A stretch of DNA of 64,000 bases from Podarcis muralis (Eukaryota). The notes beneath the pieces are model-generated. The model saw nothing but the letters and a program-made list of their open reading frames with translations, was not told the origin of the DNA and did no database searches. Made by a program: the position numbers and the translations under genes. The DNA is taken from contig NC_135656.1 of NCBI RefSeq assembly GCF_964188315.1, positions 31,496,001-31,560,000 on the forward strand. The letters are read 5' to 3'. The stretch's first letter is position 1, and the number at the start of each line of letters is the position of its first letter. Shown here piece by piece: positions 37,368-51,271 of the stretch.

Positions 37368-40300
37368 AATGGGGGGGGGGGAGAAAAGAGTCAGGCAGGA
37401 GCTGTCAGAACTGGACTGCATGATTCACCATTCACAAAGCAGCGCAAGCCCAGCAGCGGCACAGAATATGACGATACTTTGCCACCCCTGTCTCCCCGCC
37501 GCAGGCCAGAACGTTAATCCTCTAAAGACTTCTGTCGATGTGAGGCTGGAAAGCCATTTCAACTGCCAGGACTTCCAGGGAAGGCAGACACCACAGCCTG
37601 GCCCCACCACACACAAGGGACTATGCAGTCCTAGAAAGCAGACTTCGCTACCGGTACATGCAGATTTGCTGCAGGCGAAGGGGCCATGCAATTGTAGTAT
37701 AACAGAGAAGGCTTTGAGGGGGGGAGGGCAAGCTCATAGGCCCTTGCCAAGGAGCAGCTTCCCTTCACATCAGGTCACAAAATCCCTGCCTGCATTAAGA
37801 GGAGCAGCTTCCAATCAAAGAGGAAGGCCACTTTCTAACCAGCCTCTTAAGCCCCTTCCTTGGAGGAAGGGAGCAGTTTACTAAGGGTCAGCAGGATAAA
37901 GACCGCCTAGAGGGAACAAAGGCCCTTTATCGCCATTTCCAGGTGGCAGTCCAAGCAACACCAGCAGATTTGCTTTTAATCATGCTCTCAGACCCTCTGC
38001 TCATGAAATCTGCCGCAATGGCTGTGCCCAATACCAGAAATAGCCATTCAAGTTAGACTTTCCAGTTTTTCCAAGCACAGCAGAGGGGAAAAGTGGCACA
38101 AACTCTTGCAAGATTGGCGCCACAGTATCTTAAGCAGCAGAGAGAACGAATTTTGGGTGGGTGGGGGAGACTCCCATGGAAATCAGGCAGCGTTGTTCAA
38201 AGTCACAGTAAAGTAACTTGTGCTCCAAAGGACGGCCGGGGTTAGGCTGGTACAGCAAGGCCAAGAGTTTTGTACCATTCTAAAGCAGGACTGGGGAACC
38301 TGTGGTCCTCAAGACATTGGTGGACAACAACTCCCATCACGTTTAACCACTGAGCATGCTGCCTGGGGCTAATGGGTGTTGGCATCCAACAAGACTTGAA
38401 GGACCATCAATTCCTCACTCCTGCTTTATGGTGCCATGACGCCTTTTGATTCCAGCAAATAGCTAGGTGCAAGTCACATGAGCAAAAAGCCACATACATA
38501 AACTGAAATGCGAGCATCTATGTTTAACTACAGCAAGCTTTGTTTAGCTTCCCTTGTATTCACCCTGTCTATACTACTAGATCTTTCCATTATCAAACCA
38601 CAAAATCATATGCAACAAGCTTAGTATTAGAACCTTTTGTACAACCTTAAGTCTTCTACAGCAGAGAGCATGGGCAGGGCGATGCCTGTAAGCTTGCAGA
38701 TACATGCAAATCATGGAATTTGGCATGAAAGCAAAAGCCAAAATGAATTCATTAGTGTTTAAAGCGCCAAAAGATTTTGCTTTTGCTTAAACACAGATTA
38801 AGCAAACACAGTTACCCCTCTTGTTGGGTATTACATTGTTTTAACAGTCATATCAGCACATTAAAAATGTTAAGGATCACCAACAGACCACAATAATATT
38901 TAGATACATTGGAACAATTTGTTCATACATGCATGCATAGCCTACACTAGACCATGTAGTGCTAACAGAGTTTAGGTCAAAGTTATGAGTGCATCATTTC
39001 AAAATTAGTTCATGTTTTCCACATGAACTACATACACTTATTATTGGAAAATTATTCTATGCCATCTAGAAGGAACAGGAAATTAAAGATGAAAAGAGCA
39101 AAAAAAAGGGCATTTATTTTAATGCTATATTTGTGTCCTATCTGAACTGGAAAGTGTGCAAAACTAGGGGGAGAAGATGGGTCAGGAAAAGGGGAATTAA
39201 CTAGCACTGCTGCTTCAAGGACTATTTAGAACACTTCCCATACTAATATAGAACTAACAAATTATCTAGGAACTGGAGCACCTCTAGACCTAAATATAGC
39301 TCTAGAGCAAGCGGGCATCCTCATGCACCTGAATTTGAGAGCCACTATCATGTTGACATGATTAACTCAGAGGGGTATAATAATCTGAGCCAATTTTGCA
39401 GCTGAAGATTTCAGGCAGCACCTAAAAGTATCTGAGATTAAAAACAGCCAATTAGTAATACAGAAAAGCTTGCCTGCCCTCAAGTGATTAGGGTACTTAA
39501 CGACATCCGTATGGTCCAATTCCCAATTGCTTTCACAGCAAATGGCTCTATATATTCTCTGCAGCATTAAAATGACCATCTCATTCCTTGGTCAGCAGAG
39601 ACTGACCAATACAACACTGGCTATATCAGTCTGTTACATGCCACCCACTGGTCAGACAATGGGTCAATACAATGGTTCAGGGAGGGGAAACCTGCTTCAC
39701 ACACACTTTCATTCATGGGATAAAATCGCTATACTGTACAGAGGAAAGTAAATGTGTAAGCAATCTTTAGTATGAAAGGGCCAAAACTAATGCATTGGGC
39801 TCTATTATACAGCTAACATCTTTCAGGAGCAGCAGGGCGGCTTGTTTGCAACTGCCCAGTCATACTGCTTGCCGGCACTGCTCCCAGTTTCTTCTACTGA
39901 CAGACCCTCGCTACTCATCCAGCCTTTTCACCCTTTGCAGGTTTCTAAAGGGAAGAAGGGGGGCTCAGAGAAGCAAAGACTCAAGGTCTTCCAAGAAAGC
40001 ACAATCCCCATCATTAATCAGACTGCCAGACAGACAGAGGAACATTCAGCACTGCAGGGAAGACACAGGGTTTTGCCACCAGGGAAATTTGCTGCTGATG
40101 AGAGGCAAGAACAGAAGCTCCTCACACGAATGGTCCCCAAGGCTGAACCACTAATTCACTTTGGCAGAAGGTTCCATCTGAACGAACTGGAGATCCCATT
40201 AGCCTTAGAGCTAATGCACTCTGCTGAGGTGAGGGAGAAAGGGATCAGTGGGGAGTTTGGATTTATCCTTTTTACATGCACAATTGAGCCAGGGGGTGCA

Positions 40301-43279
40301 GGAAGCCATTGATTGCCAGATCATGTAACTCTTGCTGGTTTTGACCACATCTGTTAGCGTTTCGTACAGAATTGAAAAGACTTTGTTGCTAACACATTCG
40401 CAGCCTTTAAAGCTGGGAGAACAGCCTGATACAGAACTCTTTCACAAACTGGCATTTCATAGCCTCCAAGCATTGGTGAGCTTTGCTTGAGTGCTCTGGA
40501 GTTCTCATACTGGTGGAGAATTAGGCATGACAGACTCTAATCTGCATCTACCCACTGTACAACGTTCATTTGCCACGATGTGTTAGCTGATAGTACAAGT
40601 TTGCTAAGCTGCAGCATACACAAGCACTCACCATGGAAACAGAGCAGCAAATATTGACCAGAGTAAAGGCATGACAGGAGTCCTGGCTTTTACTGGTACT
40701 GCTACAGTGCCAACCTAAAACATTACGAAGCCCAAAGCCAGTAGATCACTGGTGCTGAAAGGTCAGAGTTGTGTGTTAGTTGAGCTCTGAATGCTGGAAC
40801 TGAGAAAGTGAAGACCAAGCTGGCAGGACCCCTTACAGAATAGCGCCACAAGATTGGCAAAGCAGCTGAAGCAATCCAGTGTAAAGTAGGTAGATAGACT
40901 GGATAACTTGTAGCACACTGGCAGCTAGATCACTTATCAAAGATCCACTAATCACTGCTTGACTGTAGTCACTGAAATCCTTAATTACAATTCCTTTATT
41001 TCACCCACAGCCTGCCGATAAGAAAAAAAAACCCCATACATTCCCTAAAGCAGAAGAGAGTCATCTTCCTTGCTGAGTTTTTTCATACAGAATAGCTACA
41101 TCAAGGGTAAAGCTTCTGCTTCCAGCATATTCCTGATGTGGTTCACTGAGCATCAAGACTGACCAGATTTCAGTCCGCTGGGACTCTCTGACCCAGGGGC
41201 CAATCTTGGCATTCTGGACTTCCCCATTTGGACAGTGAGGCCACCCACCTTGGGCAAGCCACTCTTATGTACCTTACCCCACATGAGTAGGGACAGGGCT
41301 TAGCCAAAAGGGTGAGGTCTTGTCATAGTCTGCTTAAGCAGCTTCCGAAGTGCCCAACAACCAGCTGGTTGTCAGGAGTCGGAAGCCCTGCACAAAGCAG
41401 GATCGTCTTCCAACATTGGTTTGCAGTGAAATAAGCTGCTGAAATGAAGTGGGAAGGGAACCTCGCTTTCAGCATCACCTTGCTGCCTGCTAGTTCTCTG
41501 GACATCATTTGTGACTGTGAAATGTGGCCTGTAGAGCCAAAAAGGTCCCCACCCTGAACCAAATATTGGCTGATTAGTTGCAGCCTATAAGAGGAAGCCT
41601 ACTGTGCAACCAGGCTGATTCAGGAAATGTAGCTAAGATTTAATGCACTCTCAGAAAGGTTGCAGACAAAATACATGTTGCATCTAAGCAGCTTTACCCA
41701 TTACAGACATAAAATTACTGTTAGAAGGAATGTTGTTTTACAGCCTTTTTCGTAATTTCCTCCCGAATACGGCATGAATTTATATTCTTATAACTGTTTG
41801 CAGGACCGAGAAGTTGGCACTAGATTTACACACACACACACCTTACAGATAAGGTATGACTAACCTGTGCAGATAACATTGTGTCTCCCACTCTGCTACT
41901 AGTGGATGCTTAGACAACAGAACACTCCATAACAATAGAGTCCAGGTCTGTGGGTACCCATCCAGCATCTCTAGGTCTTTCCAAAAGACTGCTAGAAGAA
42001 TAGATCAGCCATTTTACCCCGAAAACATTTTATGTGTCATTAATCCAGTGCGAAAAAGTAATACAGCCCTACCTATGGCAACAAAGCCCCACAAATGCAT
42101 AGTGGTCAAATAAATCCTCTGCATCCAGTGACTTTTAGCCACAAATATGATCATGCTGCCATAACTATGTACCCTATTATCAATCACATCTTGCTATGGA
42201 ATTAACATTAGCTGCATAGCATGCCGTTAGTCCATAGGATATGCATTTCATCCACATCTCAATGTGCAGGCAATTAGTCCCAATGTTTCAATCCAACCCC
42301 TTTCTAAGGTTCTCTAAGCAGAGCCAACATGAAGCATATACCATGGAGAGAACAGGCTCAAATAAAGGTTCTGTTAATAAAACAGCTTGAGTAGTGACCT
42401 TCTTTAGTGATTGCGATAGGAACGATCACCCACACCAGGGCTTAATATAAAAAGGAGAGATGCTCTTCAAGCCTGTAGAGTGTTCACATTAAGTCTCCTG
42501 AGCTAGAACTCCCATCAGCCCTAAGCAGCATGGTCAGGGGTGACAGGAGTCCAACAACACCTGGCTAGCACCACATTGGCTTCCTCTGTGCTAAACCTAG
42601 AAACAGAAATATATCAACTCAGTCATGGATGAAATGGTACCTTACTCCAGGGGGGAAACCAGTGTCAAAATGCCAAGTTTTAGCTCAAATAAAGCACTGA
42701 GCCATACTCAAGCTCACCCATACTCTCTCATACAGCGACTTTCTCAAAGGCCTTGTGTGAAATTTCATGTCATGATACACCAAGCAGGCACTTAGAAAAA
42801 TAATATTAACACACACTTGCTGCAGGCTTGACTTGAAGGAAATTGCTGAGGAAAAATATAAGAGCTCCTATGGAGAAAAGACCAGGAAGCCAGGAAGTTG
42901 TGAAGGCCAGCAACGCCTACCCAAGCAGCTAGAGAGCAGGTAGAGATAGACTTTATGCCTATTCCAACAAAACAGACAAAGAAACAAAAGCAGTTTATAA
43001 TGGGAACTGGTCACTTATTATAAAGGAAGGCAGGAACAAGAAATCTGGGTATGAACAGAGTAAAAAATGATCCAGGATTAGCAATCAGAAAGGGAAGTTT
43101 ATTCCCTCCCGCACCCTATGCCAGCAGGTGCCTACATGGCAGCACTAACAGGCACGGGAGACTATTAAGCGATGGAGAGAGATATTTAACTTGATCTAAG
43201 TAATAGCAGAATAAGGAGGAGAGGAAGTCAGCTGCAGAGCTCAATGGACGGCACCCCAACCGAGATATTAACGGGAGCG

Positions 43280-44110
43280 CGCAGAGGTCGCCCATTCATA
43301 ACGCAAACCGGCCCTGAGGGGTGCGACTCCCACTAGGGCGGAAGGGAAACCATAAAACCGCCCCGGAGAGGCGACGGCGAGCAGAAACGGCGGGCAACCA
43401 TCATCGCCAAAGCGAAAGGAGGGTGGGGTGAAGAAGCCGGATGGGGCGGGGGGGAAATTCGGGAGAAAAGGAGGCTCCCAGGCACTGCAGCAGCAGCCCG
43501 CCCCCAAACCCAGAAGTCCCGACCTCAGCCGCAGCCCCCTTGCCCAGCGCCGGCCTCTACCTTGCGCCGGTGCCGCTGCTCCTGCTATTTCTGCCGCCAC
43601 CGGTGACAAACGCCGCCCGCCACCGCCCAGATCCACCCCGCGCGCGCGCCCCCGCCCCCACACTTCCGCGATGCTCCCTTGGCGTCACTTCCTTCCACCG
43701 GCAGGCAGGCTATCCCGGCTGCCACCCGCCCTCCGTGGAGACGTCACGTCCGGTGAGCGGGCGGCGCATTGGCTTCTAAAGCGGAGGCGGTAAAAAGGGA
43801 GCAGAGCCCGATCATAGAGAGAGCGCCCCAACGCCTAGAGTATCTACATATATAGAGATAGGGAGACGGGAAAAGAGGGCGGGGAAAATTCTCCTTTTCC
43901 CCGCCCGGCGGCCATCTTGGGGTGGGAATGGCGGACTTTTGTCTCCTGTGCGCCGGGCGGATGACGCTCTTCCATTGTGTGCTTTAGGGTCCGAGGCCTT
44001 TTCTTCTAGCGCTGGAGGAAGGCAAGAGGAGGAGGAGGAGGAAGGGGGCGGTGGCGAGGGGACTGTGAGCGGAAGGCTTCCTCCTCTTCACTGCCACCAG
44101 GTTTTTGCAG
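43280..44110. promoter_or_regulatory. ARHGDIA CpG-island promoter
   Basis: High CpG density, GC boxes, ETS/CRE overlap CGTCACTTCC at 43683-43692, GACGTCAC near 43740, YY1-like GGCCATCTTGG near 43910-43920. Confidence 0.75.
43561..43680 (-). other. ARHGDIA: Probable non-coding exon 1 of ARHGDIA (5' end approximate)
   Basis: Donor AAG|GTAGAG at 43561/43560 inside the CpG island. The ATG exon has an acceptor at 30172, so an upstream UTR exon is required. Confidence 0.55.
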
Positions 44111-44845
44111 CAGAGACAAACGTGGAGAGTTCCCTCATCCACACCACGTTAAGTGACCATCGCACCCTTCCATTGTTCCTCCTATACATTTACCGCTAAC
44201 AGGAATGGTTTTTGCCACCACCCCACAGCCTGGCTTTTAAATATTATGCCCGAATTGCCCCCACCCCATCCTTGTTTGGTGAGCCTCGCTTCCTCATAAA
44301 CGTAAGTATACTTAGGATTTTAGCGGTCAACACAGGTCATCTCAGCAGAGGATTCTCACCGCCATCAAATAAAAACTTTAAATTGTTTCACGCGGAATTG
44401 ACGTGCAAGAATACGAGACACGGATGTGGAAATGCCGTTCAGATTTTTGGGTAAACACATAAGAGCGGACCACTGAACAGTTAGGAACTATTAGGCGTAA
44501 GCAATTCTTAACGCTTTCTTAAATACAGCTTGCGTTTATGAAGGCATGATCCATTCCAGCGAGTGTTGGGCACAAATAGAGAATACTGAGAACTGCCCGA
44601 TTAAGCTATGCTAGAATGAAGTTAACTATGCTAAAAATCTATACTAGATTTTTATTAATTTGCACTACATGAACTGTGTGCCCACCCATAAACAAGTCCA
44701 AATCAGGCAATAGCCCACCACCTCATTAAATTTGTTTTTCAAGGAACAACAAACTTAATCCCTATGGTATTTAAAATACTGTAATCCTAACAAACAAAAT
44801 GCAGTTCTTGCAACTACTAAAACGTAGTGTAGCACAGTGGTGTTC

Positions 44846-44912
44846 TATAGATCATAGAATCATAAGAGTTGGAATAGACCACAAGGGCCATTGAGTCCAA
44901 CCCCCTGCCAAG
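44846..44912 (-). mobile_element. CR1 3' tail fragment
   Basis: CATAGAATCATAAGAGTTGGAA...GAGTCCAACCCCCTGC. Confidence 0.65.
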
Positions 44913-46729
44913 ATGTTTAGCTGCAACTTTAAAATGTACCTGGAAAGGGCAGTAACTCTTTGCTAAGTATGCACATGTGCAGCATGTATTAAAACAATTG
45001 TTAAGTACCGTATATTCCCTATTAATTCTGTAGTGTGGGGCTTTCCTCCATTGCCCTTTAGTAGCTCAGCATATTGCTAAACAGAACCAAAATGGAGTTA
45101 AGGGTTAAGAATCTCAAAAAAGCTGGTACTATTCTGAAATGAGAAACTAGTCTTTTATAAAATGAATATCATTTTAAGCAAACGTTCTACTATACACACA
45201 CAACAGTCCTCATTAAATGGGATGCAGGGAACTGATGTATATAAAGTGTTTTGTATATAAAGTTCTTTTTTTAAAAAAATAGCCTCGTTGCAATTGAGCA
45301 TTAATGTTCTAGGCAGGGTATAATTTCAACTAGCTATGAATACAAAACAGAATGCACCCAAGTATCTGGAAATAAGTTGAAAACTTGTTCTTAAAAATAT
45401 AATTAACACAACCTTCTATGACTATCTGAATTTTGTACAGAAAATAGTTATTTTTCCTCATTACCTTAAATCAGGAATGGCTAACTATGACTACTAGTCA
45501 TGTTGGTTCTGGTTAGATAAGGAGCTGAGAGTTCAAAATCGGAAAGGTTACTAGTCCCCCCCCTTCCAGTCATATTTTCTACACCGATGAAATTAACACA
45601 TCTATCATCACTGCATGCCTTAACTTAACCAATGTCAGGTCTTCCCAACTGAAATTTTCACCCAGTATTTAGTATCATAATAGGTATTTATGGAAATTTG
45701 TTTGATCTTGACAATTTGTTGCACATAATTAATGACAGATCACAATGTCTAGCAAGTATCTACACTTCTTGTATGCAAAGCTTTCCCCCTTTTGGTTTTG
45801 TTAAATGTTTTTCCTAGAAATGCAAAGATCAAAGATACTTCTGTAATTTTGGTACCGTTTCAGATTGATGCGTTCCTACTCTCACCTCCAGCATTAGGAA
45901 GCTGTGGTGCTGAAGTGAAAGTGTGCCAAAAACCATGAAGACACAGATTCTTTCATATCCGAAGCTGATAACTGGTGGGGAGAGAGAAACCTGTATCCTT
46001 GGGTGGTGGCACTGGTACAATGTCTATGAATGGCTTGAGGTTAATGCCCACCAAACATAGAAGATAAAGATCCCCTTCACCCCACCACAATATTACAATA
46101 TGTACTCTGCCTTCCGTTCTCACAAGACCTGGAAATGACTACAGTATATTATAACCCACTATATCAGCAGTAGTGAAAAAAGACCATAATAAATGCCCCC
46201 AAACAGATGTACTTGAAATAAGAATTCAATAGGGAATTGCAAGTTGAAAGACTAAATCTTTACTTGGCATGTTGGAGTCACTGAGTTTTCACAGCAACTT
46301 ATTTTACAGTAAAAATACTGAGGTGGGACCAGCACTGAACTTTGGAATCAAGTGTTAAATACAAAAACGACTTTTAACAAGAAATTTACTCCCTCTCATG
46401 ACCACTAAGGTTGGAGCTTTCTCACTGGAGACCACCATCCTCTCCTTGCAAAAGCAGTCACACCGGTTGGCTTTAGCACAGACGAAGAAGAGTCAGCACA
46501 CAGGAGATGAGGAATATACAGTTTACAAGCCCATACGGGGGCAGAGTGGAGGAGAGAGACCTGAGAGAACAGAATCCCTCCCCTTAGGAAGGGCAATCAG
46601 CACCAACTCTTTTGCTAGGGGCCTGCAGCCAGACACCTGCTCCTCTACCTGTCTTGGCTTCTGCAGCCCCAAGACTAGGTTCCAGCTGCAACAGGAAGCA
46701 GACATTTACAGCTCTAGACACATTTCTAT

Positions 46730-46735
46730 TTTATT
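46730..46735 (-). terminator. Probable ALYREF polyadenylation signal
   Basis: AATAAA on -, about 275 nt after the stop codon. Confidence 0.65.
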
Positions 46736-47009
46736 ACTGCCAAGGTGAAAAAGCCATCTTGGCCCAACAGGCAACCAGTAAAATTTTTCCCAAAAATAAC
46801 TCGGTACAAAACAGATCTGTCTCAGAATTTAAAAAAAAGAGAGAAAGAAAACTTTACATGAGTTTGAAACCTATTCCAGAACATAAAAGTAAAACAAATT
46901 CCATTCTTGATATTAGTAGCCGCTGCCGCCATCCACCCTTCTTCTCCCACTGGGGAACATGGAATGAGATGTCTGCAGTCCTTCCCATGCACAAGATGCG
47001 CCAACAGCT

Positions 47010-47024
47010 TTAACTGGTGTCCAT
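47010..47024 (-). CDS. ALYREF: ALYREF (THOC4) exon 6 coding part, MDTS*
   Basis: Pyrimidine tract, CTTAG|ATGGACACCAGTTAA. Confidence 0.93.
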   Translation of the reverse strand: MDTS

Positions 47025-47978
47025 CTAAGAGAAAGAAAAGTTTTAGTTGGCTGCCACCAGCTAAGTACCAAGACAAGAAATCCAGATAGTCAAGGGCACT
47101 TCCCCAAGCAGCACAGTACAACCAGAACCTGTGCAGTACTGTTTTAACCATAACAAAATGCTTTTTAATAGCTTTTCGCTGCATCATTAATTTCTGTGCA
47201 TGTAGGCAAAGTTATTTAGCCAAGAAAGCAATCTGCACTTTCCCCAATATATCTCATACCTTTATAATGTCATACATCTTTATACCTCAGTGCTGAGGAA
47301 AATAATTCTCTAATACATTTTCACTAACAGCAGAAAGTGAATAGAGTTCACAACAGCCTTTCCCAACTGGTTCCCTCCAGATGTTTTGGACTGTAGCTAC
47401 CAGCAGCCCCAACCAGCACGGCCAACAATCAAGGATGATGAGACACTCAGTCCAGTAACATGTGAAGTGCAGCAGTTTGGGGAAGGCTGCAAACATGGCA
47501 TGTACATAAATCTCCACTCAAAACTGCAAGCAGTTACAGAATACTAGAGAAAGCTTAAAATCTGCATCCAAGTTGTATTTTGTACTCAGGAAACAGATGG
47601 CAGAATCACAATTAGCTGGCCTCTTCTATTAACTAGCATGTACTTTACAGTCCTGCATATTTAAATTTAGGTTTGGCGCTTGGATTTCAGTTCCAAGTAA
47701 TGACTCATGATGGTAGCAGGAAGATGGCATGCAGCAAAGTCTACCCAAATTGACTTCTTTACAGGGCAGAAGTGTTAATAAAGAACACCATCCATCGCTG
47801 AGTTGAATCGGAGTAGCTGTGAAAATAGGATTGTGCAGCATGACTATGAAACATGCCTAGAGCATGACAGCTGATATAGCACAGCAGAACGTGATACACT
47901 CCACAACCACAGGCTGTGTTCTATCAAAGATACCAAATCTAGTGAGTCACCAAATTCACCAGACTGAGTAGCACTCCA

Positions 47979-48038
47979 CAAGAATCATAGTTTGCTACAC
48001 TGTAGGAACTGACTCCACAGTGTAGCAAACTATTCTTG
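47979..48038. repeat. 60-nt hairpin in ALYREF intron 5
   Basis: Perfect 17-bp stem ATAGTTTGCTACACTGT / ACAGTGTAGCAAACTAT with outer CAAGA/TCTTG pairing. Confidence 0.9.
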
Positions 48039-48250
48039 CGCACACAGTAGGGAACACATGGAAACCACTTGGAAACTAAACAAAAAAACTACAGACTGCT
48101 CTGCTTTAGTGCTGTGCTATCTCCAAATGTCTTACTTTATGTGAAGTCGCACTTTTTCTCACAGATGACTAATGCATGTATGCCAGGCTCTGCCACCAGG
48201 CTCACCTCCGTCTCCCCACCGCCATCCACCATCCCTCAACTGTTACTTAC

Positions 48251-48422
48251 CCTGGCATTGTAAGCATCCAACTGTGCATCCAATTCTTCTGCAGAGAGCT
48301 GCTGTTTGGAACTCCTGCCAGCACCTCTACCTCTGCCCCTATTGCCACGGCTGCCTCGTCTGCTGCCACCACCAAAGCCACCCGAACCACCACGGTTTCT
48401 GGTCATGCCTCCTCTATTTACA
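48251..48422 (-). CDS. ALYREF: ALYREF exon 5 (RGG + C-terminal UAP56-binding motif)
   Basis: Encodes [12 protein letters not shown]...[23 protein letters not shown] junctions, 172 nt. Confidence 0.98.
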
Positions 48423-48723
48423 CTAAAAGCAAGAGATAAGACTGAATTACAGCAACCTACAAATAGAAACTGCATTACAGTAACCCACTGAAATAAATTT
48501 CAATCTACACCCTTCACAAAGAACTTCGTAGAGAAGCGGAGTATGGTAATGTTAACATAACTACAATTTAAAAATCATGCTCCATGTTGTAAGATAACAG
48601 TGGGAAGTCCATCTATTATTTAATCTCTGGGAATAAAAAGTGCAAATGAACAGGGTCTGCACTAAAATTGGAGATATCCATATAGTTTATTAATCAATGT
48701 GAAATATCAAAAGACAAATCTAC

Positions 48724-48787
48724 CTCTGTATTGGTCTCCTCTGTGTATCTATCTGTGATGTAACCAGCTGGATGTTCATGGGACGTC
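48724..48787 (-). CDS. ALYREF: ALYREF exon 4
   Basis: Encodes (G)RPMNIQLVTSQIDTQRRPIQ. 64 nt, AG/GT. Confidence 0.97.
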
Positions 48788-49038
48788 CTAGGAAAAATAA
48801 AAAGAACAAGCGTTTACGGCAACCTTGTAAGCAAGTTCATAAAAATTGCTGACCTGCAAAAAATATATTGGTCTGCTGACCCAAGAGTGAGGCAGGATAG
48901 AATTTTTCATCCTTCCTTCACCTGCCTGCTCACTTACCAGCATGAAATTCCATGCACTTGGTCAGCATGTTACTGTCGCCTATGTGTATGAGCAGAGTTC
49001 TCATTCATACCTTCTCCCACCCACTGAGTAAATACCTA

Positions 49039-49206
<168 letters not shown>

Positions 49207-49398
49207 CTAGAAAGCGAGAAAGCAAGATCTCACATATGCTAGGACACAGTAAGATGTTCTTGCAAAATATTAATAACAGATGGGCCAAAGAATAGAAGAG
49301 CAGACCTTTCTGTTCTCCGTGACATTTTCTTTTTTATTGTAGCCTCATCAGAAGCAGTAACAAAATCTAAACTGCATTTAATTCCTTATTTTATAATT

Positions 49399-49605
49399 AC
49401 ATTTATATTCCACCTTTCCACTGAGGACAAAGGGAGCACATCTATTTCTCTTCCTCCCCGTTTTATCATCACACATCAACTTATGAGGTAGGTTAGGCTG
49501 AGACAGTGACTAGTCCAAAGTCATCCAGTACGCTTCGTAGCAGAGTGGGAACCTGGTTCCCCAGGTCCTTGCCCAACACTCTTAAGCACTACACCTACAC
49601 TGGCC
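49399..49605 (-). mobile_element. Degraded Squam3-like CORE SINE
   Basis: On -: GTGTAGTGCTTAAGAGTGTTGG head, CORE-like GATGACTTTGGACTAGTCAC, end GAAAGGTGGAATATAAAT. Confidence 0.7.
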
Positions 49606-49617
49606 ATATCTGTGTAC

Positions 49618-49964
49618 TAAAGGTAAAGGTACCCCTGCCCGTACGGGCCAGTGTTGACAGACTCTAGGGTTGTGCGCTCATCTCACTCTAGAGGCCGGGA
49701 GCCAGCGCTGTCCGCAGACACGTGGCCAGCGTGATGAAGCTGCTCTGGCGAGCCAGAGCCGCACACAGAAACACCGTTTACCTTCCCGCTAGTAAGCGGT
49801 CCCTATTTATCTACTTGCACCCGGGGGTGCTTTCGAACTGCTAGGTTGGCAGGCGCTGGGACCAAGCAGCGGGAGCTCACCCCGCCGTGGGGATTCGAAC
49901 CGCCGACCATGCGATCGGCAAGTCCTAGGCACTGAGGTTTTACCCACAGCGCCACCCGCGTCCC
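49618..49964 (-). mobile_element. Sauria SINE, GGTACC-tail subfamily
   Basis: Full head and tail with a ~10-nt internal deletion. No clear TSD. Confidence 0.92.
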
Positions 49965-50544
49965 CTAGACTACATCTCAGCTAATACATTAGGATATCCT
50001 TAGTTCAAAGTACAAAATAAAGTACAAAAACATTAAAGAAAATTTCCTATACTTTTTATCTCCAAATTTCCTATAAAGAAAAAAATAGTTTTGCATCAAT
50101 AACTCAGATAGGAAGTGAAGGAAATTTGAAAGACAGCATATAGACCTGGATAATATGGCTAAAACAAATGCCATGAAATAAACTTTTTAAAAGGCTCGTC
50201 GTCAATCAAGAATTTCAAGAGGCACCTTTCTCTTCTTAAGACAGTGCCCACATGACTTCAATTTCATAAATGCTTTTATATGTACTCAAAACAGGAGACC
50301 AGAATATGCTAACTGAAGCTGCATGCCATCCCAAACTATGGGGGGGGGGGCGGTTCAAGGGCAATTACTTATTGTCCCGTAACTGCTCTTTTCTGGAAAC
50401 TTACTGTTGAAAAAGGGTAGGGAAATGTAGTAACGGGTCAGGGACAAGTTAGTACACAAGGGAAATCTAGAACAGCAATAGGAAACTACAACATGAGTAA
50501 CATAACTAAATTACCAGATACATTAAAGACAAAGGAGAAAGTAC

Positions 50545-50676
50545 CTGTATATCTGCATCCGATACTCCAAAATCCAGATTAGAGACGAGCAGCTTCCCGC
50601 CTGTCTCGACACCAGCCCCAGCACCGAAGCCACTCTCGAAGAGATCGTGTTGCCACTTTTCTGGGAGTTGCTTTGG
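50545..50676 (-). CDS. ALYREF: ALYREF exon 2 (WQHD motif, start of RRM)
   Basis: Encodes [44 protein letters not shown]. 132 nt. Confidence 0.98.
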
Positions 50677-51040
50677 CTGCGACGAGAGAAAACACCCGAT
50701 CAGTACAACGTAGCGTCCCACTTAAAAGCGGCCCCATTGTTCTGCATTTCTGCTCGACCCGGAGGCGGAGCGGGAAAACCCCCTTCATTTCCTCGCCCCG
50801 GTTGCCGTCAACAAGCGCTCCGAACTGGGCCTAGGCGCGCCAGGACCCCGAAGCAACTCCTCCCGCCCCACCCTCTTATCTCCGCGTGGGGGAGACCCCC
50901 CTCGGCGCTCCCCCAAAGAGACGGAACAAGTCCCGAGCCGCCTGGTTCCCCAAGAAAGTTCACAAAACAAGCGGCCGGAGCCCAGTTCCACCCCGGGTAA
51001 AGGTGGGGCTCCGTGCGCGCCCGCTCGCCCAGGGACCTAC

Positions 51041-51271
51041 CCGGCTGTAGGGCGCAGGCCTGTTCCTGCCGCCTCCCCGGGACAGCGCGCCTCTGTTCCG
51101 GACGGGGCCGCCCCCGCCTGCCCGCCCAGCTCCGCCTCGCCCGGCTCCGCCGCCTCGACCCGCAGCTCCCCTTCCGCGGCCTCGGCCGCCGCCGGCTCGG
51201 CCCCCGCCGCCCCGCTGGCTCCGGTTCAGCTTGATAATGTCGTCCAGAGACATATCCATTTTGTCGCCCAT
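51041..51271 (-). CDS. ALYREF: ALYREF exon 1 (N-terminal UBM + RGG)
   Basis: Encodes [24 protein letters not shown]...RPAPYSR. Donor CGG|GTAGGT. Total CDS 762 nt = 253 aa. Confidence 0.98.
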
